Virus record (IMG/VR): IMGVR_UViG_3300037067_027616
Span: 224,001 to 288,000 of that record
Direction: 5' to 3' (one strand)
Length of the DNA: 64,000 nucleotides
Origin: a virus
Lineage: Duplodnaviria; Caudoviricetes
The notes below the pieces were generated by a model. The model saw nothing but the letters and a program-made list of their open reading frames with translations, searched no databases and was not told the DNA's origin. The position numbers and the translations under genes are program-made. Of the stretch, positions 9,967-19,000 are shown in pieces (position 1 is the first letter of the stretch; every line of letters begins with the position of its first letter).

Positions 9967-10621
9967 GTTCGCTTCTCCTTTTTATGCTCTTGAAATCGAA
10001 GAACAACTCGTTCTCCCGGTAGACTATACCGTACAACTCTATGGCGCCTTTTTTAGGCCCGCGCACGTACGTGTGCTTACCACAAAAAGTTTCCTTCTCA
10101 TACTCACCGAGGTCACTGTCCTTCAAGGTCTTTTCGATGTGCCAACGGTAAAACCTTTTTCCGTAAACACCCGCCCAATAAGCATCTGCCACGTCCTCGG
10201 CGAGTCGCTTCCCCTGCAACCCTAATGCTGTCTTCGCCTTGTCGATCATGTGGGGCTTGTGAACTTCAGCCACACTTGTGTTAGGGAAAACCAACTTCTT
10301 GAGCATCTGCGGAGGGAAGCATACCACAAATATTTCCCTGTCAAGAAAAACCCTGTGGAGGTACTGGTTCAAGGCATAAAGAACTTCCGTGCTTCCCGCC
10401 CCGAAGAAAGGTGCCTCCATCCCGATGAACTTTACGCCATACCTGTCTATGAGCGCCCGAACTCGCTCGGATTGGAGTATGAGGCGTTGGACGATGATGC
10501 CGTCCTCGGACGATGTCTTGAGCATACCTTTCTCGACAACGTCCGTGTCCGGTTTTTCACTATCCAACACGACATATCCCGCCTTTTGCAAGGAGGGGTC
10601 CAATCCGAGCAGATTAGGCAT
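9905..10621 (-). CDS. ruvC: RuvC-like Holliday junction resolvase
   Basis: LLGLDPSL, IGMEAP, EDVADAY acidic motifs. Confidence 0.75.
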   Translation of the reverse strand: MPNLLGLDPSLQKAGYVVLDSEKPDTDVVEKGMLKTSSEDGIIVQRLILQSERVRALIDRYGVKFIGMEAPFFGAGSTEVLYALNQYLHRVFLDREIFVVCFPPQMLKKLVFPNTSVAEVHKPHMIDKAKTALGLQGKRLAEDVADAYWAGVYGKRFYRWHIEKTLKDSDLGEYEKETFCGKHTYVRGPKKGAIELYGIVYRENELFFDFKSIKRRSERGISKEKEKGSEGQVARAEE

Positions 10622-10624
10622 GGC

Positions 10625-11266
10625 CTACAGGTTCCCGACCACATCGCCGAGGCTGACATCAACTGCCGCGTCATCTGACCCCGGGGCGTCAATGCCAAGT
10701 TGCTCACGGATCTCGGTTATGCTGAGGTCCGCTCCGAGTTGACGGCTGAGCGTCTTGCGCAATTCCGCAGCCTCTGCGATTATCTTCTTCATAAGGTCGG
10801 GCTTCGACCTCCAGAAGGATTCCTTGCAGGGGTTAGGCTCGATGGTCTGGAAATCCTCATTTGTGCACGTCAGTGTAATGTCGTGCTTGTCAAAGGGCCA
10901 TTCCTTACCCAGGTTCCGCAGCTTCACGTACATCGTGTCGCTGAAGATCCACGGTATGAGTTCGTAACCCCTGAGGGTTTTCTTTCCGTCCTTGTCGGCG
11001 ATATCGTAAACAATCAAGACACAAGCTATCCGTTGCTTGGGCAGATTACCTTCATAACTGTGAAGGCAACAGATTTCTTTCTTCTCCTTGGTGCTCTTGC
11101 ACAGGAAATAACGATCCTTGAAGTGGCATGTCGCACCGACGCATGGAGCCTGTCCCTCTTCATATACGATTCCAACACGGTCGGACTTCCCGCCCTTTCC
11201 CTTGTACTTCTTGAACCTGGACGGCTGTATGTCATCCCTTTCGAATCCAAATTCCTCAATCGCCAT
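10625..11266 (-). CDS. Probable phage ssDNA-binding protein (gp32-like)
   Basis: Position in recombination operon; His/Cys cluster; acidic C-terminal tail. Confidence 0.5.
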   Translation of the reverse strand: MAIEEFGFERDDIQPSRFKKYKGKGGKSDRVGIVYEEGQAPCVGATCHFKDRYFLCKSTKEKKEICCLHSYEGNLPKQRIACVLIVYDIADKDGKKTLRGYELIPWIFSDTMYVKLRNLGKEWPFDKHDITLTCTNEDFQTIEPNPCKESFWRSKPDLMKKIIAEAAELRKTLSRQLGADLSITEIREQLGIDAPGSDDAAVDVSLGDVVGNL

Positions 11267-11294
11267 GATCTTCTCCTTTTGTGTTACCGCTGTT

Positions 11295-11612
11295 TTACAG
11301 GAACTCCCTTATTGTGTCTCCGGGCCTGTACAGAATTTTTCGAGTACTCGTTGGCCTTTCAACCATTATTTTTCTTCTCTTGTCATACACCTTGGCGATC
11401 TTCTTTTTGACCCCCGTGGTGCGAAGACTTCCCATCCCGGGTGGGAGTTTCACCATCCCCGTGGTGAGTAGTTCGTAGAAGACAAGTTCAAATATCCTTT
11501 TGGACAGCCTCTTACGGACGGGCTTCGAATCCACCCTGCGTATAGCCTTGTCACCAAGGCGTTCCCGCAGTATGTCTCTAACCGCATCCATTATCACATC
11601 GCCTATTTCCAT
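11295..11612 (-). CDS. HU/IHF-like DNA-binding protein
   Basis: G.VKLPPGMGSL followed by a basic arm and ILYRPG, as in the HU fold. Confidence 0.6.
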   Translation of the reverse strand: MEIGDVIMDAVRDILRERLGDKAIRRVDSKPVRKRLSKRIFELVFYELLTTGMVKLPPGMGSLRTTGVKKKIAKVYDKRRKIMVERPTSTRKILYRPGDTIREFL

Positions 11613-11629
11613 GGCCTTCTCCAGGCGAA

Positions 11630-12733
11630 CTAATTGAGACTGTTCAATATGTCATCTATGTCGAGCTCCGCCTCCTCCGGGCCCTTCTTAGGCGGCGGCT
11701 TGTCCACAGGCGCCACTACGGCCGCCTTTGGTTTGGCCTCCTCCTTTTTTTCAATTATTACCTTTCCACTTTTTACATCGGATGGTGACCCTTCAGACTT
11801 TGCCACAGGAGGGGCCGCAGATGGAGCGTGCGGCTCGTCCAATACATCGCCGAGGTCTATTTCAAGACCCGTCACCACTGACCCTCCGCCGCCTTTTACG
11901 GCAGCCTCCGTCGTGCTTGGGTCGCTGTTTTTTGTTTTGGCGACCTCTTTGCCGACCGCCGATTGAGCAGGTCCGACATCATTTTCCTCGCCATCACCCG
12001 CAGGGGTGGTTTCTTGGTCACCCATTTCCTCCGGGTCATCGGTTAGGAATGATGCCATTGAATCAACTTCATCTCCAGACTCGCTACCAACCTCTTCAGG
12101 GGCGGGATCCGTTTTTATTTGGGTCGCCTCTTCAGACAGGCCGTCCGGCTTGTCCAGATCGATTCCTTCAGATGAAGATGCTACATCGTCCGGTGTAAGT
12201 TCGTCTTCCAACTGCTCAACCTCGCTGAGTCCAGCCATGAGGCCACTGACTTCCTTGTCAGTTCTGCTCCCGACGTTGAGCTTGAATATCTGTTGCTCCA
12301 TGATCCGCATGAGCACGCGTATGTCTGAATTCGTTGTTTTCAAATTCTGGTGAACAAGACGCACCGAGGAAAGAAGGTTTTGAAGTTCGATGACATCATT
12401 CTCAAGTGCAAGGACACGTTCGTGGTCAGCTTGCAACTTCTCATCGGCGGCGGCCTCGCGTTCTTTACCTGTTGGTATCTTTTTGATAACGGGGTCGTTG
12501 ACAAGGAGTCCGCGCTTCTTGACTTCTAAGCGCATCTGCTCCAACTTGAGGTCCCTCTCTTTTATGGAAAACTCGCGGGTAACCTCTATGATGCGTTTTT
12601 CGATAGTGCGCATCGCGTTACTGCACTCGAGGATTTTCTCCTGAAGGTACGCCGGCGTGGGGATGTCTTCAAAATCGAGGTCTAACCTGAGTTTCAAAAT
12701 CTGATCATAGATCGTTCCCGTGTCAATCGGCAT
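11630..12733 (-). CDS. Coiled-coil protein with long acidic tail (possibly UvsY-like mediator)
   Basis: Helical N-half, acidic low-complexity C-half ending DIDDILNSLN; function is a guess from context. Confidence 0.4.
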   Translation of the reverse strand: MPIDTGTIYDQILKLRLDLDFEDIPTPAYLQEKILECSNAMRTIEKRIIEVTREFSIKERDLKLEQMRLEVKKRGLLVNDPVIKKIPTGKEREAAADEKLQADHERVLALENDVIELQNLLSSVRLVHQNLKTTNSDIRVLMRIMEQQIFKLNVGSRTDKEVSGLMAGLSEVEQLEDELTPDDVASSSEGIDLDKPDGLSEEATQIKTDPAPEEVGSESGDEVDSMASFLTDDPEEMGDQETTPAGDGEENDVGPAQSAVGKEVAKTKNSDPSTTEAAVKGGGGSVVTGLEIDLGDVLDEPHAPSAAPPVAKSEGSPSDVKSGKVIIEKKEEAKPKAAVVAPVDKPPPKKGPEEAELDIDDILNSLN

Positions 12734-12827
12734 GGGTCATTCTCCTGTTCCAAAAACGTTGAAACGTTGTACTGAAAACTTTAGTGCCTACTAAACCAAT
12801 ATACTACCGTGCACGGACGGATTAAAG

Positions 12828-13229
12828 CTATTTCTGCATCTCCAATTGCACTATCCTGAACCCCTGCTCCGGACAGGTTTTGCTAATCCTGTTAAGGAAG
12901 GCTACGGCATCAGGGTCATCAAGGTCACCCATGAAATGAACCTCACGGACATCCGTGGCATACAGAACCTTAAAGTCTTCCAAGGACGGAAATTTTGAGC
13001 ATATCAGAACAGGATCACCCCTGTGGTGTCCTCCTTCCACGTCCTGCAGGATCGCCTCTACTACCGCTGACGTGCTTATGTCATCTTGACCGGGTATATC
13101 ACCTGAAGAGCATACGGCGGTCAGCTTCTCTCCTCGTACGACAGCAGCAGCCGAAGGCTTTCGGCATTTTGATAATCCTCTGGCTTCGAGAACAATGCGC
13201 GCAATGTTATCCCTTGTTCGTTGGTCCAT
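12828..13229 (-). CDS. dCMP/cytidine deaminase-fold protein, catalytic residues lost
   Basis: S.C...AAAVV start, SAVVEAI in place of HAE.NAI, FPSLED in place of PCxxC. Confidence 0.55.
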   Translation of the reverse strand: MDQRTRDNIARIVLEARGLSKCRKPSAAAVVRGEKLTAVCSSGDIPGQDDISTSAVVEAILQDVEGGHHRGDPVLICSKFPSLEDFKVLYATDVREVHFMGDLDDPDAVAFLNRISKTCPEQGFRIVQLEMQK

Positions 13230-15406
13230 GACCGTATCCTCTCCGCGAACATGGTGTTTCGCCTCTGTATTTTGTCATTTGCTATGGCCGCTTCCAAGGC
13301 ACTCGCCTGCCCGAGTATAATGACCTTCCTTTTTGCCCTGGTCATGGCCGTATAAAGTAAATTCCTCTGCAGGAGCATCTTACCATGTGCCTTTAAGAAG
13401 GGCATTATAACTAACGGGTATTCAAGGCCTTGAGCACGATGAACAGTTATCGCGTATGCCATCTTGATCATCTCGTCGGCTATTTTCATAGGGATGTCAA
13501 CCCTGCGGGTGGCATCCCCATAATCCTCGATATCAACAGTAACGTGATCCGGCGTGACGAATGCCACTTTCCCTATGTCGCCGTTGAAAATCTCGAGTTC
13601 GTAATTGTTCTTGCGTATGATGACCCGGTCACCTTTACGTATGGTCGTTCTCCCGATGGTAAACTCTTTCTTGTCGGGGGCCGGGGGGTTGAGTGCCGCT
13701 TGAAGGGCGGTGTTCAAGGAATCCACACTCAACGGGCCTTCATTACGCGGAGTGATTATCTGAAAATGCTTCTTATCGTCCGATACGCGGTTGTGTTGCA
13801 TGAGTTCTTCAGCAAATTTCACCACGGTCCGCTCCACGCGCTCATGATCCTTGTCCCGTATGAACCAAATATCGGCCGACTTTTCAGATTTGAACAAGGA
13901 CAAATCCAAATCTCCATCGCGAACTTTCTTTGCCGCTTTTATGATGTCGGACTGCTTGTCCTGCCTGAAGATAGTGTCAAGGAAGATGGTTTTAATTTGT
14001 TTGCTGTCAATAAGCTCCCGTAGAACAGAACCGGGACCTACGGAGGGAAGCTGGTCATTGTCACCTACAAACACCAATTTCGTTGAGGGATTCAAGGCAG
14101 ACATAAGCCTGTAGAACACCTCTTGATCTACCATCGAGGTCTCATCAACAATAACTGCCTGCGTAGGGTACTTCACCACGGCGTTGTAGTCCCAATGTGT
14201 ACCTTTGTAGCCAAGTCTGCGGTGTATTGTGTAGGCGGGGTAGCCTGAAGTTGTACCGAGCTTCTTGGCGCTTATACCCGTAGGCGTCAAAAGTTCAAAA
14301 GAGGCATTGAGGAGCTTGAGAATGGTCACAAGCCCCTTGACCACGGTGGTTTTACCCGTGCCTGGGTTTCCTGTGATAACAAGAACCTTTTCTGACAAAA
14401 AAGACCTGATGGCTTCCTTTTGAGCCTCTGAAAGTTCTATACCTTCCAAGTGTTCGTATTTTACAATGAACTCCTCCCCTTTTACCGAACCAAACTTGAG
14501 GGATCCGGGGGTGACCATGATCCGGTGCAGGAGCCGCGCCGACTCATTCTCGTAAAAGAACAATGAGAGGTCATATATGCGGTTACCGTCAACCACAGCG
14601 CTTCCATCTGAAGACAGCGTGGCTATATGCGGGGCAATGTCGTCCCAAGTTATATCCCCGTCCTTCAAGGGCCACGGATGTCCGCGGTTGTATGCATTGT
14701 ATGTTGTAACGAAATCGTTCTGCAATAAAAAGAGGTGTCCTGACGAGGCACACTGCCGCAATGCATGAAGGGCGAGGCTCTTCCAACGGGTAGGATCCGT
14801 ACGTTCCTTCCCAAGTTTTTCTGCTATGCTATCGCACGTGCTGAACCCAAAACCGTGTTCGATGAGCCGCCACGGGTTGTCTTTCAGTATTTTTTCGCTG
14901 TCCGGACCATACGATGTCAGCACTTTTCGTATTTTAGATTCAGTGAGTCCAAGACTGTGCAAAAAAATCTGAACGTCTTTCAAATTCTTGTTCGCAGACC
15001 ATGCTTCTACGATGCTTCTGGCTATTTTTTCTCCGATACCCTCGACTTCGGCGAGCCTTTCAGGACATTGCTCGATTATTTCTTCGAGTTTTGGCCCAAA
15101 ATGCTTCACGAGGATAACTGACCTCTCTGGTCCTATCCATTTTGCAATGGCTTGAAGATACAGGCACATACTGTTTGGAGATCCATCATGACAGTGCGTG
15201 TAGGCACTTGCCTTGAACCCCACACCATATTTAGGGTGCGTGCGGAAGGCACCATGCACCTCTATGGCAGCACCCGGCACGAGGTGCGAAAACTCACCTG
15301 TGACGGATATGAGTGCTCTATCCCGCCGCCGAAGTTGAAAAACCTTGAAGTCGCTGGACTCGGAAGCGAAAAGCACCCTGTTAACGGTGCCCTTTATAGT
15401 TTCCAA
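13121..15406 (-). CDS. recD2: RecD2-like SF1B helicase
   Basis: HPKYG, HhH, GNPGTGKTT, VDETSM, VGDNDQLPSVGPG, FRQ, AYAITVHRAQG, RNLLYTAMTRA. Confidence 0.95.
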   Translation of the reverse strand: METIKGTVNRVLFASESSDFKVFQLRRRDRALISVTGEFSHLVPGAAIEVHGAFRTHPKYGVGFKASAYTHCHDGSPNSMCLYLQAIAKWIGPERSVILVKHFGPKLEEIIEQCPERLAEVEGIGEKIARSIVEAWSANKNLKDVQIFLHSLGLTESKIRKVLTSYGPDSEKILKDNPWRLIEHGFGFSTCDSIAEKLGKERTDPTRWKSLALHALRQCASSGHLFLLQNDFVTTYNAYNRGHPWPLKDGDITWDDIAPHIATLSSDGSAVVDGNRIYDLSLFFYENESARLLHRIMVTPGSLKFGSVKGEEFIVKYEHLEGIELSEAQKEAIRSFLSEKVLVITGNPGTGKTTVVKGLVTILKLLNASFELLTPTGISAKKLGTTSGYPAYTIHRRLGYKGTHWDYNAVVKYPTQAVIVDETSMVDQEVFYRLMSALNPSTKLVFVGDNDQLPSVGPGSVLRELIDSKQIKTIFLDTIFRQDKQSDIIKAAKKVRDGDLDLSLFKSEKSADIWFIRDKDHERVERTVVKFAEELMQHNRVSDDKKHFQIITPRNEGPLSVDSLNTALQAALNPPAPDKKEFTIGRTTIRKGDRVIIRKNNYELEIFNGDIGKVAFVTPDHVTVDIEDYGDATRRVDIPMKIADEMIKMAYAITVHRAQGLEYPLVIMPFLKAHGKMLLQRNLLYTAMTRAKRKVIILGQASALEAAIANDKIQRRNTMFAERIRSWTNEQGITLRALFSKPEDYQNAESLRLLLSYEERS

Positions 15407-15407
15407 A

Positions 15408-15632
15408 CTATTTACCTTTTCTGAATATTACTTTGTACCCCGCGCCAGCGAGGTTGAAGAAAAGAAGAAGAATGGCGGCCACTGACACTGTGTATATCAC
15501 AGCCACATAAACGGACGTGATGGTTTCGAGCATCGACATGAGTTTGTCGTTCTTCAATGCCCAGATGGCAGCTGCAGTAACCACGACCAACCACGGACAG
15601 GCGAGAAGCAGACCAAACAAAACATTCTTCAT
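15408..15632 (-). CDS. Small membrane protein
   Basis: Two hydrophobic stretches; ATGA overlap with the MTase stop. Confidence 0.6.
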   Translation of the reverse strand: MKNVLFGLLLACPWLVVVTAAAIWALKNDKLMSMLETITSVYVAVIYTVSVAAILLLFFNLAGAGYKVIFRKGK

Positions 15633-17629
15633 GATACCCGGCTCCTTTTTATATATTTGTCAATTCTTGAACCTATCCAAGACATCACAGTCACTGCCAT
15701 ACTATTTCCGATCGCTTTATATCTAGGTCCATCGGGACAGAGATCCGCCGGCTTGCCTTTCCATGATATTTTTGTGTATCCGCGAGGGAATCCCATTAAA
15801 GCCTCACATTCCTCCGGAGTTAGGCGCCTGACACAAAACGATTCAGGCGTACGTGCGAGCAACAATGGATCTTGGTCACCTCTGTCAGCTTCTTTGGTCA
15901 GTGGTGGGCAGACATTTGATGGCGCCCCGTCTTTATCTCGCGTGTAATGACTTGGTTTGAACGATACAGTTTCCGTATCAGCCATTGCCACAGCGTTGAC
16001 GTGAGCGCACGACAAAGTGTGCATGGGGTCACCTTCATCCCCCACACCAACACCTTGTCTGTTCATTTCGTCTTTTTTATCCGGGTCACGTCCTGCGTTT
16101 CTCATGTCGATAGGGTAGACGGCATGTGTACCATGACCGGGGTGTGTACCTGGGGCTACGCACGGCGCCTGCTCCTCGGAAAAACCAATACCTTCTGCTT
16201 TTTGAGAAAGGTCACAACCGTACGCAACGCCTTGGGTCGCTGCAGCATCTATCGTGTAGCTTACACCATCTTCATTCCATCCACGACCGTTCTGTTTTTT
16301 GTCCATTACCCGGACGTCTTGGAGCGCTATGACATGTGGTATGGCATTGATACACATTCCGCGTTCGTCACCCATACCGCCGGCCTGCAGACTCATAGCT
16401 GTTTCTCCCACAGTTCCATTTCTAATATCACAAGCCATTGGTTCAGCTGTTTTGTTATTTTCAAGGCAACAAACTGCTTGACCTCTATCGCTCATAGGAT
16501 TGGCAGGGATGGTGAATGCCAAATCTTCACTCACACTGACACCGGGGTCGTCTCTGTCACCATTGAGTTGCATCACCACCGCCGGCGGGTGAGCAGTGGA
16601 AGCTATAGGGTGACACGGATCCCCTTCTTTCGGGTGACTATAATTTAACGCCGATGTTATCTGTGTCGTGTCAAATGGAAGAACCCTTCTGACAGGTATC
16701 AAGTTTTGCGTTTCGTTGTGGGGTGTCCATCCTTGGCTTACCCCGGGGAATTTGGAAGTCAGTGTAGCCGCAGTTTCGTTTATAGGTTCTGGCCTCATCA
16801 CAAGTGGAAGATTGTTTCCACCTGTACCGGCTTTTGCATTCAACTGTGGGCAGACACTGACTTCTTTTATACGACTGTCTTGCCCATGGTTCTCGTAGAC
16901 GGTTACTGTTTCATCTCCTTGGCCGCGTATTCCAGAGCCATTTTCAGTTGTGGGGGCAACGTTTTTCCACGGCGTTCTGATCGGCGGAGTATCCCGGCGG
17001 CAGCTTTCCCACTCAAATAAAATTTCTTGGGGATGGAACCAATCTCGAGGACCTGAGATAAGGAACACACGCTTGCGGCGTTGGGCCAGATTGAAATATT
17101 GGGCATCGAGGCATCTCCACGCGGCTGACCTTTGGGGTCCAAGCACAAAACCAGCGTCCTTCCACCTTCCCCCTGGCGGCTCAAGTGGCACATCTTCTCC
17201 GACAAGTGCTCCCAAAAGACATCCGAAGGCATTGTCTTTTGTGCTGAGGACTCCTGGGACGTTTTCCCAGACGGTGATGACTCCCGGCTCTCCTCGAACA
17301 AGTCGTACGTCGTCAATTGCATTGGCTATCCTCACATAAGTTAAGGCCAAATTTCCTCGAGCATCCCCAAGGGATTCCCTAGTTCCCGCAATAGAAAAAC
17401 TTTGGCATGGAGTCCCCCCTACAAGTACCTCTGGTGCAACGACTTGTGAGGTTTTTATAAGGTTCTCTAATTGGTTAATATCACCGAGATCTGGTACGCC
17501 CGGGTAGTGTTGCGCGAGCACGGCTTTCGGGAACGCCTCTATTTCGGAAAACCACGCGGGTTCCCACCCAAGATCGTGCCAAGCCACGGTAGCGGCTTCT
17601 ATACCACTGCACACGCTTCCGTATCTCAT
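15629..17629 (-). CDS. C5-cytosine DNA methyltransferase (alpha polypeptide) with expanded variable region
   Basis: SVCSGI, GGTPCQSFS, WENVPG, QRRKRVF, RRLTPEECEALMGFP, YKAIGNS. Confidence 0.92.
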   Translation of the reverse strand: MRYGSVCSGIEAATVAWHDLGWEPAWFSEIEAFPKAVLAQHYPGVPDLGDINQLENLIKTSQVVAPEVLVGGTPCQSFSIAGTRESLGDARGNLALTYVRIANAIDDVRLVRGEPGVITVWENVPGVLSTKDNAFGCLLGALVGEDVPLEPPGGRWKDAGFVLGPQRSAAWRCLDAQYFNLAQRRKRVFLISGPRDWFHPQEILFEWESCRRDTPPIRTPWKNVAPTTENGSGIRGQGDETVTVYENHGQDSRIKEVSVCPQLNAKAGTGGNNLPLVMRPEPINETAATLTSKFPGVSQGWTPHNETQNLIPVRRVLPFDTTQITSALNYSHPKEGDPCHPIASTAHPPAVVMQLNGDRDDPGVSVSEDLAFTIPANPMSDRGQAVCCLENNKTAEPMACDIRNGTVGETAMSLQAGGMGDERGMCINAIPHVIALQDVRVMDKKQNGRGWNEDGVSYTIDAAATQGVAYGCDLSQKAEGIGFSEEQAPCVAPGTHPGHGTHAVYPIDMRNAGRDPDKKDEMNRQGVGVGDEGDPMHTLSCAHVNAVAMADTETVSFKPSHYTRDKDGAPSNVCPPLTKEADRGDQDPLLLARTPESFCVRRLTPEECEALMGFPRGYTKISWKGKPADLCPDGPRYKAIGNSMAVTVMSWIGSRIDKYIKRSRVS
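16903..17322 (-). CDS. Nested out-of-frame methyltransferase beta polypeptide (M.EcoHK31I-type)
   Basis: 139-aa ORF inside the MTase in another frame, GAGGA RBS, C-terminal LSQVLE...KFYLSGKAAAGILRRSERRGKTLP. Confidence 0.65.
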   Translation of the reverse strand: MQLTTYDLFEESRESSPSGKTSQESSAQKTMPSDVFWEHLSEKMCHLSRQGEGGRTLVLCLDPKGQPRGDASMPNISIWPNAASVCSLSQVLEIGSIPKKFYLSGKAAAGILRRSERRGKTLPPQLKMALEYAAKEMKQ

Positions 17630-17997
17630 TTACCTGTTTTACCTTTCTTGGCCTTGTCGGCGACACCTTTTTCAGGTTCTACTTGAATAAAGGACGCCTC
17701 TTTTTCAAACTGTTTAGCCACAAGGTAGTTCAAGGTTGAATTAACCATCCGGACCTCTAACAGGGCGTGGTCAAGCATCTCGTCAAACAGTTTGGCCCTT
17801 CTGGAGGAAACCTTATGTGACGATGAAGCATCTATAACTGCCGCCAACCCTGTAAGCATGTCAGAAACAAATTCTGCCTTTTTAGAAATAAGAACCTTAA
17901 TGTCCCTGGATATGCCTTCAGAACTGAAGGTAAGGGCTGTGTTCTTCAAAAGCATCTCGTTATACTGATCTATTTTTTCCCGAATTTCATCAGCCAT
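17626..17997 (-). CDS. Hypothetical helical protein
   Basis: ATG with GAAGGGG RBS downstream of a TAGTATATTG motif. Confidence 0.6.
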   Translation of the reverse strand: MADEIREKIDQYNEMLLKNTALTFSSEGISRDIKVLISKKAEFVSDMLTGLAAVIDASSSHKVSSRRAKLFDEMLDHALLEVRMVNSTLNYLVAKQFEKEASFIQVEPEKGVADKAKKGKTGK

Positions 17998-18098
17998 GGT
18001 GACCCCTTCAAGATTGACCTTCCTACACAATATACTAACGGTTTGCGGATTTTTAACAAAAACCTGAAATAGTCACCCCCCTCCCTCTCCCCGTAATA

Positions 18099-18152
18099 AG
18101 ATAGATCTTTACGAAGTAAAGAGATATCTGTTTGCTCCGAAGGAGCAACAGA
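18099..18152. other. Two adjacent C-GAA-G triloop hairpins, candidate replication origin element
   Basis: TCTTTAC-GAA-GTAAAGA and TGCTCC-GAA-GGAGCA at the divergent strand switch. Confidence 0.5.
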
Positions 18153-18183
18153 AGAAACTACTGATACCATAGCCAATACAGAA
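18148..18183 (+). repeat. 36-bp direct repeat, copy 1
   Basis: ACAGAAGAAACTACTGATACCATAGCCAATACAGAA, identical to 19001-19036. Confidence 0.95.
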
Positions 18184-18262
18184 GGGGGGAAGACTGAATG
18201 TTAATCTTTAGGATCCAAGCATTATATTATAATGGTGAACATCAATCCTTACGGAGGGGCCA

Positions 18263-18628
18263 ATGATTATTGTAGTGACGTCACCTGATAAGATTTCCAT
18301 CAACATGTTTGTGGACTATGTAATGAAACAATCCATAAAGGATTCAGTTTTCATAAACTTGAACGGACTTTTGTCAGAAGACGCCCTCATGCTTATAGTG
18401 AATGATGCTTTTAACAGGCATCCGAGTAAAGATATCATATTCAAGCACAAGACAAATAAAAAATATGTCCCCGCGAAGATACCAAAGGCCCTTTTTGAAA
18501 AGGCTGATTCCATAATAGGTTTTGGACTATACAGCAACCATGCTGAAGTAGTGAAATCCTTCCAAGGGTGGACGGATTCTGTGGTGTCTTCTTATCACAG
18601 TTACATTGAAAATATGAACAAGGTTTAG
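18263..18628 (+). CDS. Hypothetical protein
   Basis: GGAGG RBS; AT-rich 121-aa ORF between the two repeats. Confidence 0.7.
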   Translation: MIIVVTSPDKISINMFVDYVMKQSIKDSVFINLNGLLSEDALMLIVNDAFNRHPSKDIIFKHKTNKKYVPAKIPKALFEKADSIIGFGLYSNHAEVVKSFQGWTDSVVSSYHSYIENMNKV

Positions 18629-18691
18629 CCTGCTAAAAATTATCTTCAAATAAAAGGTTAAAAAAGAAATGTGCAATAGTATATTCATATT

Positions 18692-18945
18692 CGTGACAGT
18701 CGGAGTTTTCAGGTGCCAGACATAACACCTGTCTGTTTGTCACAGATTCATCGTTGCCGCTTACCCGCTATGGTAGCCGGAGCCGAAGGATCCCTGGTAA
18801 GGGTCATAGGTGAAAGCAAGCGGCGGGGAAGGATTGCCGGAAGGGGGCCTGCGGCTACGAAAATATCCTCGCCACTCCCAATTGCGGGAGGGTTTGAATT
18901 GCCCTCAGGACGCTTCCCCGAGCGGGGAGGAGCCGTAGGCCTTAA
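18692..18945 (+). ncRNA. Candidate structured non-coding RNA
   Basis: GC-rich intergenic block with several nested stems, some needing G-U pairs, just after a TAGTATATT motif. Confidence 0.45.
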
Positions 18946-19000
18946 GCCGTAAGAAGTTGTCTTTTAACTACTTACGACGGACGACAAAATGGAAAAAATC

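Noticed and set aside
18713-18952. 79-aa ORF over the structured element
   Set aside because: GTG start with no convincing RBS; composition reflects GC-rich stems
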